Shown one piece after another: positions 9,459-17,809 of a stretch of 40,361 nucleotides of DNA; position 1 is the first letter of the stretch, and each line of letters opens with the position of its first letter. Position numbers and translations under genes: made by a program. Where the stretch lies: positions 1 to 40,361 of the IMG/VR virus record IMGVR_UViG_3300045988_155968; one strand, 5' to 3'. This DNA is from a virus. The notes beneath the pieces are model-generated. The model was not told the DNA's origin. It saw nothing but the letters and a program-made list of their open reading frames with translations, and did not search any database.

Positions 9459-9917
9459 ATGGACAACATGATTAACTTCAATCAGATGGTCGCGGATGCC
9501 ATGAAACATTCAAGGTATCTGGACACTCCGGGTCATGAGACAATCGACTATTCCGCAATAGCGTCTTTCGAACAGAACAGGCACAATCCCGAAGCGACGA
9601 AGAAGTTTTCAAGTCCGTCACCGCAGTTCAATCTAGGCATGGGCTACCTCGGAGGCAAGGAAGCGACTCCAGAGAGCGATTCCCTCGAATCCGACAGGCG
9701 AAAGGTCGAGGCGGTCGTTCACGGGCAGGCTACCGTTGACGACCTTCTAGCTGCATTGCGCATGATGGCCTCGATGGAGCCGGACGCGCCGTCCAACCCG
9801 GTAATGCAGCTAGACAGGCAGTACAAGGGTTCCGACGCCATGAGGGGCATTCCAGGCACGGTGGCACAGTACCCGACCGCAGGCGGTATGACACGAGAAA
9901 CCGAGTACAGGTTCTAG
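9459..9917 (+). CDS. Hypothetical protein, 152 aa.
   Basis: Tightly packed ORF in the late operon. Confidence 0.4.
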   Translation: MDNMINFNQMVADAMKHSRYLDTPGHETIDYSAIASFEQNRHNPEATKKFSSPSPQFNLGMGYLGGKEATPESDSLESDRRKVEAVVHGQATVDDLLAALRMMASMEPDAPSNPVMQLDRQYKGSDAMRGIPGTVAQYPTAGGMTRETEYRF

Positions 9918-9928
9918 GAGATTTTACT

Positions 9929-11728
9929 ATGGCTGCATTTGACCTCAATTCGCTTTACTTTTTGAAGAACGCGGCTCCGAAGACTACGAGCTTCGAGGAA
10001 GCCGCCGCGCCAATCAAGACTGGATTCGACCTCGGCACCGCGTACAACGAGAACTACAACAGGAACTCGCTCCAGAACCTTATCGCACAGCGCGAGAGCG
10101 AGGGCGTGCCGTTCGACCGTCTCTCCAACGAGGCGGCTAAATGGGACTTGAACGCCGCAGCAAACATCATGCGTCCCGAGGCTCGAAATAGCATAGACTT
10201 TAACTTCAAGCAAAGCGCCGTCGAATTTGACCGATGGCGTAAGGAAATGGCCAGAAGAATTTGCGGGCTCATTTTGCAGAAGTCCGACGAGCTCGGCATG
10301 GCGCCCGACCAGCAGTACGGAGTTCTCGACACGGCGGCTCATTACGTCGTTACCTACGACCCGGAGCTTGCGGAGTTCCTGATGCAGCAGGCGAACACTA
10401 GACGCTACAACGCCGCACGCACGGCACCGAAGATGCAGAACCAGGACGAAAGCAAGCTCTATCCTTCCGAGATTTCCTCAAGGAAGGCCAAGGCTAACGA
10501 TGTCGATTTCGCGGGCGCCAACCGCTTCCTCGGCACGTACCAGAACAACTCCGCCAACGTAGGAGCGATGCTTGCAAACCTGTATTCTACAGGAAAGCTT
10601 CCGTACTTGAAAAAGGCATGGATTGACGGCGTTACGCAGTTCGCCATGAACTCCGACCCTTCGACATTCATGAACAACTCTATATGGGACAACGCGACTG
10701 TATCCAAGGCCATAGAGCTTTTCATGAACGGAGGAATGGCGGAACAACAGGAAGATACGGTTATCGAGCAGGCTCCTGTTTCCACTCAAGTAAGCCCTGC
10801 TAAAGTTCCTTCCGCATCTAAAGTGAATTTGCCCGAAAACGACGATTACACGAGATCCATAAGGTCATACTACATACCAGGTAACGCGGCACGCGGAACG
10901 AGGGAAAACCTCAACGTGTCGAGGATTGACAAAGACTTGAAAAAGTACTACGACAACCTCGAAGCGTTGCAGTACATGGTGGGCGTGCTTTCGCAGGACA
11001 ACCAGCGATTTGCCGGAGTGAAGGGAGATGCCGGTGCCAACAGCGAAAACGGGGTCGTTAAGGTAAACCGCGAAAAGGTTCAGAAGCGCATAGACGAGCT
11101 CAAGGAACTTGAACGCGGCGGGTTTACGCCCGAAACCGCCAATGCTCTCAAACTTTCTGGTAAGACCGGACAGACTCTTTCGGACGAAATCGCAAGATGG
11201 CAGAGAATACCGAAGATAATAGACGCCTACTACCAGAATCCGGGCGCGATACTTCCGCCTCTCGTAAGGACGTTGCTTCCCGAAGAACGTGCTACCGACG
11301 AGGACGTAAAGAGAATCATAAAGTCCGACCTCGGCGATGACGGTTATAACAAGCTGTTCAACGCGATAGCGGCTACGGACAATAATATGCTAGGTTCGCT
11401 ATTGAGCAAGGAAGCCTACGCGAACGCCGTTAGAAAAGTTGCTCCAATAATCATGAACAACATTAACAAGGAGTATAAGGCTCTTGTCAAGGCTAACAAC
11501 GGCGATATAGGAAAGGTTGACAACGCACTTCGCGAAGCGTACAGGTACGACGACGACGTAATCGACTACGTGAAGGGCAACAAGATTCTTTTCACTGTCA
11601 AGAAGTACTACGACAAGGAAGCCGAACGTGTAAAGAACGAGCGCGAAAAGAAGGAAAAGGAAGTTTTCGAGCGAGGAAACACGCCTTCTAAAAAGAAGTA
11701 CACGGAAGCCGACTGGGATAACTTTTAG
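9929..11728 (+). CDS. Large hypothetical virion protein, 599 aa, a possible ejection or internal protein.
   Basis: It has an RBS (AGGAG), and its size and position resemble P22 gp16/gp20-type ejection proteins. Confidence 0.4.
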   Translation: MAAFDLNSLYFLKNAAPKTTSFEEAAAPIKTGFDLGTAYNENYNRNSLQNLIAQRESEGVPFDRLSNEAAKWDLNAAANIMRPEARNSIDFNFKQSAVEFDRWRKEMARRICGLILQKSDELGMAPDQQYGVLDTAAHYVVTYDPELAEFLMQQANTRRYNAARTAPKMQNQDESKLYPSEISSRKAKANDVDFAGANRFLGTYQNNSANVGAMLANLYSTGKLPYLKKAWIDGVTQFAMNSDPSTFMNNSIWDNATVSKAIELFMNGGMAEQQEDTVIEQAPVSTQVSPAKVPSASKVNLPENDDYTRSIRSYYIPGNAARGTRENLNVSRIDKDLKKYYDNLEALQYMVGVLSQDNQRFAGVKGDAGANSENGVVKVNREKVQKRIDELKELERGGFTPETANALKLSGKTGQTLSDEIARWQRIPKIIDAYYQNPGAILPPLVRTLLPEERATDEDVKRIIKSDLGDDGYNKLFNAIAATDNNMLGSLLSKEAYANAVRKVAPIIMNNINKEYKALVKANNGDIGKVDNALREAYRYDDDVIDYVKGNKILFTVKKYYDKEAERVKNEREKKEKEVFERGNTPSKKKYTEADWDNF

Positions 11729-11736
11729 GAGGTTTT

Positions 11737-13986
11737 ATGACTTACAGAATCTCTAGCCCGACCGGAGAAGTCAGGACCGGCCTTACAAAAGAGGACGTAT
11801 CTGATTTCAAGAACGCAAAACTCAAAAAAGGAATTGACCCTAAAGCAGCCGGATACAAGATTGAAGTAGAAGATTTCGAAGAAGAAAGTTCCGCAAATCA
11901 AGAACCGGAATCTTCGAAGACTTCCTACGAAGACCGCAAGAACGCTTTTCGCCGTGTTGACGAGCGCATCCTTTCCGAAGTTTTTCCCAACATAGCGGAA
12001 CAGGTAATGAACGGCAATCAAAAGTTTGACCTCGGCATGATCCGTGCCGGTCTTTCGGACGCATTCTCGCTTCCAGGAAGAGCCGTTTCCGCATACATGA
12101 GCAGCATGCCGAACATGAAGGGAGAACGAGACACTTTCGACCTCGGGAGGCGAACTGGAGAAGGGACGAACATAGCAGGAACTATCGCAAGGGACCCTGT
12201 TACCGGAGCTACTGTTTTAGGCGGTCGGCTTTTAGCAAGGGGAATCCAAGGCGGGGCGCGTCTCGGGAAATTCCTTCTAGGAGGAGGCGGATTCGGTCGA
12301 GGAGTAGGCGGAGCCGTTGCAGGCGCCGCCGAAGGTGTCGGTATTGAAGGAGCTTCATCCGCATTGAACGACCGTGACTTCACAAAGGAAGGCGCCGTTG
12401 TAGGGGCCGTTTCTGGAGGAGCGTTCGAAGGTCTAGGCCAGGCCGCACAGGCCCTATTGCAGAAGTACGGAAAGAACCTTGTCAAGTCTTCCGTACAGGC
12501 TCTCAATCTTGGAAATACTGACCGGGCATTGACCGACGAGGAACTTGTAAGGTTCCTTTCAAACCAGCGTAACGTTGACGCGCTTGAAAAGACCCTTGAC
12601 GCCGCTTCTTCTGGAAGGAACATGACACCGTTCGTGAACGACAGAGGCAAGGCGCTTGAAGGCGTGCTGGAACAGTCGAGAAACGACGCAATCTACACTT
12701 TGGTCGGGGAGCCTTCATTGAACAGGGGCTTCGACAAGGGCGTGGATTTTTCCAACCCGACTTCCGGCGACATGCAGAGAAGGATGAACGCGTTCAACAC
12801 GCCGGCCGAACAGCTTGAAACAATCCAGCCGAAGACCGTGTACAAGGAAGGAGGGAGGAGCACGGAAGAGCTCAACTACCCTCCACCGAGAAAGTTCACG
12901 TCGAGAAAGAAGCCCAACGACAACAAGGATTACAGATACCAGTCCAACGCTGAGTTCAACATCGAGAAGTTCGCGGACAAGTGGGCAAGCGTTTCGGACA
13001 AGATTGACGGAGCCAACGTACGTCCGGGCGACATTTCCGCAGACGAGGCCGCGATGCTCGACCTACTTAAAGAAGAAGCGGAAAAGGACGCAAGGATAGT
13101 GAAGGGATATACGCCGGACAAGGTGATAAGCTCGAACAAGTTCCTTAACGACCGTAACCCGTTCTCTACAGGTTTCGTTGACAAGGACTTTTCCGACTTT
13201 ATCGCAAGCAAGAACAGGGAAGGCCTATCTACGGAGTTCATAAGGGAAGTAAGGTCTATAGCAGGAAAGAACGACATGGAAGGGCGGAAGGTAACTGACG
13301 CCATAATCGAGAATATCGACAACCGTGGTCTCCGTCCTTCGGAAATAGAAAGGGCGTTCGCCTATTCAAAGAACGACCCGATAGCCGTAAGGAAAGGTTA
13401 CAGGAAAGCCATCGACAGGTTCTCGGACACGCTGTCCGACTATGCTGACGGGAAGGTCGGCACGTCGGGAAGAAACGCCAAGGGCGAACGCTATGTCGTA
13501 GGCAAGGACAACATGAAGAAGTACGCCTACACGTACCTTGCAAGGGTGCAGGAAATTCTCGAAAAGAAGGGAGCACTGAAACACGAGGATGTTGTTGACC
13601 TGTACGGACTTGCGACGAACGTAAACGACAACACTGTGCAGGATGCCGTGATCCAGCTCCTGAAGGACCTCAAGGTATCGGAAAGGGCTATTTCTGACTT
13701 CGAGAAGAACGCAGGGTCGTACGCCATGCTGAACAAGGCCCGCACGAGGATGAAGCGCAACGCCAACGAGGACAACCCGTTCAAGGGCACTATGGTGGCT
13801 CCAATTTATCCACAGGAAGGGTTCAATTCGGCCAACGCCATAGGCTACAGGCTACAGAAGGAAAACTTCAATTTGGGCAGAGGCGCGATGACGCCTATGG
13901 ATAACCCCACCAAGTACGGTCAAGGAGCTAGAGCGGTATATAACTTAGGGATGACCCGCTACAGGAATAGGGATTCAAAAGAATAG
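11737..13986 (+). CDS. Large Gly-rich virion protein, 749 aa, a possible injection or ejection protein.
   Basis: It has an RBS (AGGAGG), and a long Gly-rich segment (GGRLLARGIQGGARLGKFLLGGGGFGRGVGG...) is typical of injected or tape-measure-like proteins. Confidence 0.4.
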   Translation: MTYRISSPTGEVRTGLTKEDVSDFKNAKLKKGIDPKAAGYKIEVEDFEEESSANQEPESSKTSYEDRKNAFRRVDERILSEVFPNIAEQVMNGNQKFDLGMIRAGLSDAFSLPGRAVSAYMSSMPNMKGERDTFDLGRRTGEGTNIAGTIARDPVTGATVLGGRLLARGIQGGARLGKFLLGGGGFGRGVGGAVAGAAEGVGIEGASSALNDRDFTKEGAVVGAVSGGAFEGLGQAAQALLQKYGKNLVKSSVQALNLGNTDRALTDEELVRFLSNQRNVDALEKTLDAASSGRNMTPFVNDRGKALEGVLEQSRNDAIYTLVGEPSLNRGFDKGVDFSNPTSGDMQRRMNAFNTPAEQLETIQPKTVYKEGGRSTEELNYPPPRKFTSRKKPNDNKDYRYQSNAEFNIEKFADKWASVSDKIDGANVRPGDISADEAAMLDLLKEEAEKDARIVKGYTPDKVISSNKFLNDRNPFSTGFVDKDFSDFIASKNREGLSTEFIREVRSIAGKNDMEGRKVTDAIIENIDNRGLRPSEIERAFAYSKNDPIAVRKGYRKAIDRFSDTLSDYADGKVGTSGRNAKGERYVVGKDNMKKYAYTYLARVQEILEKKGALKHEDVVDLYGLATNVNDNTVQDAVIQLLKDLKVSERAISDFEKNAGSYAMLNKARTRMKRNANEDNPFKGTMVAPIYPQEGFNSANAIGYRLQKENFNLGRGAMTPMDNPTKYGQGARAVYNLGMTRYRNRDSKE

Positions 13987-13993
13987 ATACCGG

Positions 13994-14004
13994 GTACTAT
14001 TAAG
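13994..14004 (+). promoter_or_regulatory. GTACTATTAAG copy 4, lying 5 nt upstream of the ATG at 14010.
   Basis: Exact repeat of the 11-mer. Confidence 0.5.
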
Positions 14005-14009
14005 AACGT

Positions 14010-16298
14010 ATGAAAAGCGTTTTACTCGGCGGACTCAAGGTATGGCTCGTGAACGACGGCGGAAAGCCGCTGTCGGCTCCTGGAGGCCGTGCCAGATTCT
14101 TCAATGCGGAAACTTCACTCCCCGAAACGGTATATTCCGACATCGACCTTACGCAGTCGGACGCGTTCGGTCCCGTAGTCTATACGGACGAGCTCGGCTA
14201 CCTGCCCGCAATATGGCTCAAGACGGACCGTCTCTACAAGGTACGCGCGGAACAGAAAATCCCCGGAAGCGGGAACCAGTGGGTTCTCCTGTGGGAAGTG
14301 GACAACGTTGGCTACATCGACCCGCATGAGTCCGAAAATCCGGGGGATACCCCCGTTTTCGTTACGGACATTTCGGCATTGAAGGACGTTGACTTTTCGG
14401 CACATTCTGTTGTTTATGTCTTCGGATATTACGCCCCGGGCGACTGGGGCGAGCCCTCCATTTTCGAATGGGACCCGGACTGTTCGAAGGTCCCTGACGA
14501 CGGTGCATACGTCCTACCAAACGACCGCCAGCAGGCACAGTCGGGACGGTGGGTGCAGGTGTTCGACGGGGCCATGTTGGACGTCCGCAAGTTCGGGGCC
14601 ATACCCGACCTTGCGGAACACCCGGACGTCACGTCACAGGTAGTGAACGCGGTGCATTTTTCGCAGGACAACAGCACGAGGGTAAGGCCTCTTACCGTGG
14701 CGTTCGTTGCCCCTGGAAAGTACGGATTCAGCGGGAATTTCGACTTCTCGTACTTCACGTTCACGGACATATCGTCCGAGACGAACGACATCTACCCCGT
14801 CGAATGGTTCGTCGGTAACGACGTCGTTTTCAAGAACATCACGTCCATATCTTCAGTTTACACTCTTTCGAAGAATACGGAAATCCTTGCCGACAAGGAA
14901 CTTGTGGAAGGCCTTGTCTCTTTGCAGGTCGAAGGCGGAGGAAAGATAGAGGTCGATCCCGCGTGGTGGGGTTCAAGGAACTGCGTGCTGGAAGACTGCT
15001 ACGTCAAGTGCCGTTCTGTATCCACTAACTTCAAGGACTTCACGCGTTGCGCTGTCGAGTCCAACGGAATGATGGGCGGCGAAGTTTCCCTTACGTCCAT
15101 GGGATTCAAGGAATCGTGGCTCACGCCCAGTTTCGACCTCGGGAACCTTTCGCTCGTCGATGTGAACTACGACGTGCACGATTGCAGGTCGGGCGACTCG
15201 TACATCGCCATCAAGAACGGGCAGAACGACCCCGACTACGGAGACATGTTCGGTTCATACGTTTCCAATGCTCCTATGCTCGCCGGGAATGTGACTTTGA
15301 AGAACGCAAATGGCAGCATCACGGTATCGGCTTCCGGCTACACCAACCTCGACCTCGACGGGTTCGAAGGTACGGTGACGACACCGTCCGAGCCTTCATC
15401 GACACAGCCTAGACTTTACGCGAAGAACTGCGACATAATTTTCGCCGGCGGCAACGACTACGCCCAGTTGAGGCTCCGCAGGTGCAGCACATCCGGCACT
15501 GCCGTAAAGGTCGTCGGCAACGCCCTTGTCGATTATTGCGACATGGGTTCCGCGCTCATGTGCCACGGTGACCTGACCGTAAAGAACAGTACCGTTGGTG
15601 GTAACGTGACGCATACGTGCGCCGGTACGCTCAACCTCGTGTTCACCGACAACGTGCTCAACGCGCTTCTGAACATCGGCGGTACGACTCCTGGAACGCT
15701 GGTGAACGCCATAATCACGGGCAATACGTCTGGAGTACCGAACCCCATAGCGGTTGACCGTACTAACCTAGACCTAGTGGATTCTCACCACGGCTACACC
15801 TATAGCGGCAATTCCGGAACGTTCCTTCCCGACGTTACCAGTCCGGTCACGTTCACTGTCGGAGTAAGGTACTATGTCAACTTAGGTTCTCCGACCCCTC
15901 CGAGGTACAGGGAAGCATACAGGACGCTACAGCGCCCGATTACAGGCAACTTTATCAAGATGTGGAACAACGCGACGTTCTTCGACAACGTGCAGTTCTT
16001 CCGCATCGGCACAGACCGTTTCCACGTACTCGCGAAACTTGTCGGATGGGACGGCAGGTTCGTTGACGACCCGTACGTAAGCTACTGCGACATCAACGTG
16101 GGAGCGTACCACATAGACGGAATGACGTGGGGGATAAAGCCGTTCTGGACTGACCCTTCGTCAAGCGAAGACGACCTTGAATCGGTATTCAACACGGCTT
16201 TCTTCCGTGGTGTCGAGCAGCACGGCATAGAGGACGACCCGCCCGACTACGACCGTAAAATTTCGATTGTGTACGAGAACCTGGAGAAGCACCTATGA
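14010..16298 (+). CDS. Putative tailspike or tail fiber, 762 aa, with possible beta-helix-like repeats.
   Basis: It is the first gene of the tail block. Repetitive G/N/T-rich segments (GGNVTHTCAGTLNLVFTDNVLNALLNIGGTTPG) resemble parallel beta-helix spikes. Confidence 0.4.
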   Translation: MKSVLLGGLKVWLVNDGGKPLSAPGGRARFFNAETSLPETVYSDIDLTQSDAFGPVVYTDELGYLPAIWLKTDRLYKVRAEQKIPGSGNQWVLLWEVDNVGYIDPHESENPGDTPVFVTDISALKDVDFSAHSVVYVFGYYAPGDWGEPSIFEWDPDCSKVPDDGAYVLPNDRQQAQSGRWVQVFDGAMLDVRKFGAIPDLAEHPDVTSQVVNAVHFSQDNSTRVRPLTVAFVAPGKYGFSGNFDFSYFTFTDISSETNDIYPVEWFVGNDVVFKNITSISSVYTLSKNTEILADKELVEGLVSLQVEGGGKIEVDPAWWGSRNCVLEDCYVKCRSVSTNFKDFTRCAVESNGMMGGEVSLTSMGFKESWLTPSFDLGNLSLVDVNYDVHDCRSGDSYIAIKNGQNDPDYGDMFGSYVSNAPMLAGNVTLKNANGSITVSASGYTNLDLDGFEGTVTTPSEPSSTQPRLYAKNCDIIFAGGNDYAQLRLRRCSTSGTAVKVVGNALVDYCDMGSALMCHGDLTVKNSTVGGNVTHTCAGTLNLVFTDNVLNALLNIGGTTPGTLVNAIITGNTSGVPNPIAVDRTNLDLVDSHHGYTYSGNSGTFLPDVTSPVTFTVGVRYYVNLGSPTPPRYREAYRTLQRPITGNFIKMWNNATFFDNVQFFRIGTDRFHVLAKLVGWDGRFVDDPYVSYCDINVGAYHIDGMTWGIKPFWTDPSSSEDDLESVFNTAFFRGVEQHGIEDDPPDYDRKISIVYENLEKHL

Positions 16299-17806
16299 GC
16301 CTATCGAGAATGTACACGCCTGTACTCCATTTTGACGACATCAACGGAAGGCCGCTTGTCGGCGGCAAGCTTTACACCTACAATGCGAACTCTTCGACTC
16401 CTGCACCGACATACAGGAACAAGTCCGGCACGTTGTTGAACGAGAACCCGATTTCGTTGGACGAACGCGGCGAGTGCGAAGTATGGCTCGTTGACGGTAT
16501 CCGCTACAAGATGGTTCTCGTTGACCCAATAGGTACGCAGGTATGGGAAGCTGACGACGTGTTTTCCATGACAAACCTTGTAAATATCACCGTCGATGGT
16601 ACGAGTCCTGTTAATGTTTCACAATCCGTTGTCGAAGGAGTTACCAGATATACCGTATCGCTTAAAAAATATTTCGTTGATGAAGTTCACGACAACACCA
16701 GGAACATAGCAAACGAGACCGAAAGGGCGCAGGGTGCGGAACAGAACTTGTCTCAAAGCATAGACACCGTAAGCAGTCAACTCGCTAATGAAACTGCAAG
16801 GGCGCAGGAAGTTGAACATACTCTTTCGGAACGGATAGAAACTGTTAATACGTCGCTGTCTAACGAGACTTATAGGGCGAAAACTGCCGAAGCGTCCGCA
16901 CGTACCGTGGTGAGGGCTGGCGAAGGAATACAGGTATCCAAGGTTGTCGATATCGAAGGCGACGGACACGACGAGTATTTTGTAAGCACCTACCTTCCGA
17001 AAGCCACAAGCACCCGATTCGGCGTAGTGAAGACAGGCGACGATACCGTACAGGTAGTACCGAAGAACACGCCGTCGCAGAACAAGCACAGGACGTATCC
17101 GGTGCAGAAGAACGCGGACGGGCAGATGGTCGTCAACGTACCGTGGCGTAACGACTTCAAGAACGTGTACAAGGGCGTCCTCATTCTCACGATCGAGGGA
17201 ACATGTACGGACGAGTACCGCGAAGCTACAGCCGTAACGTCCGAACACGTCACGACACAGATAGTTTCCCCGTACTACGACGACGTGAGCGTCTACGGGT
17301 ATAACACGTACTCCGTGGCCTACCACGAGGAAGCGGGACACCCTGCGGACCACAGGCCGGAATTCCACGTGGACAATGCCGGAAAGCTCTACTTCACTTT
17401 CGAGGACGAACACCAGGAAGCCCTCGCGTTCCATTTCGCTCTCAGCATCGCATCGAAGACAGGGTACGATTTCATCGATGACAACGAACCCGTCTATGCG
17501 GAATGGGGCCACGACAATTCGATGAAGCAGCCTGTCATGGACATGGTTAGGACTATTGTAGTCAAGAAGTCCGACGGCAACACGATCAACGCGATACTCG
17601 GCAACGGAGTCAATCTTTCCAGCGCGAAGACTGTGGACCTTACCACGTCTTACAAGATAGAGGCGGTGGCTGAATACCTCTATACATGCAGTCCTCCCGA
17701 GTTCTTCGTGTTCGATGCCGTTGACGACCAAGGGGACAACATGGTCAACGAAGACGGGGACAACATGGTGTTTTATGAAGAAAATCCCGAATACATAGGA
17801 GATTAA
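16295..17806 (+). CDS. Putative tail fiber, 503 aa, with N-terminal tandem peptide repeats of about 21 aa.
   Basis: Three tandem NETxRAQxxExxLSxxIxTV repeats (nt about 16700..16890) are typical of fibrous tail proteins, and the start is an ATGA overlap. Confidence 0.45.
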   Translation: MSLSRMYTPVLHFDDINGRPLVGGKLYTYNANSSTPAPTYRNKSGTLLNENPISLDERGECEVWLVDGIRYKMVLVDPIGTQVWEADDVFSMTNLVNITVDGTSPVNVSQSVVEGVTRYTVSLKKYFVDEVHDNTRNIANETERAQGAEQNLSQSIDTVSSQLANETARAQEVEHTLSERIETVNTSLSNETYRAKTAEASARTVVRAGEGIQVSKVVDIEGDGHDEYFVSTYLPKATSTRFGVVKTGDDTVQVVPKNTPSQNKHRTYPVQKNADGQMVVNVPWRNDFKNVYKGVLILTIEGTCTDEYREATAVTSEHVTTQIVSPYYDDVSVYGYNTYSVAYHEEAGHPADHRPEFHVDNAGKLYFTFEDEHQEALAFHFALSIASKTGYDFIDDNEPVYAEWGHDNSMKQPVMDMVRTIVVKKSDGNTINAILGNGVNLSSAKTVDLTTSYKIEAVAEYLYTCSPPEFFVFDAVDDQGDNMVNEDGDNMVFYEENPEYIGD

Positions 17807-17809
17807 CTT

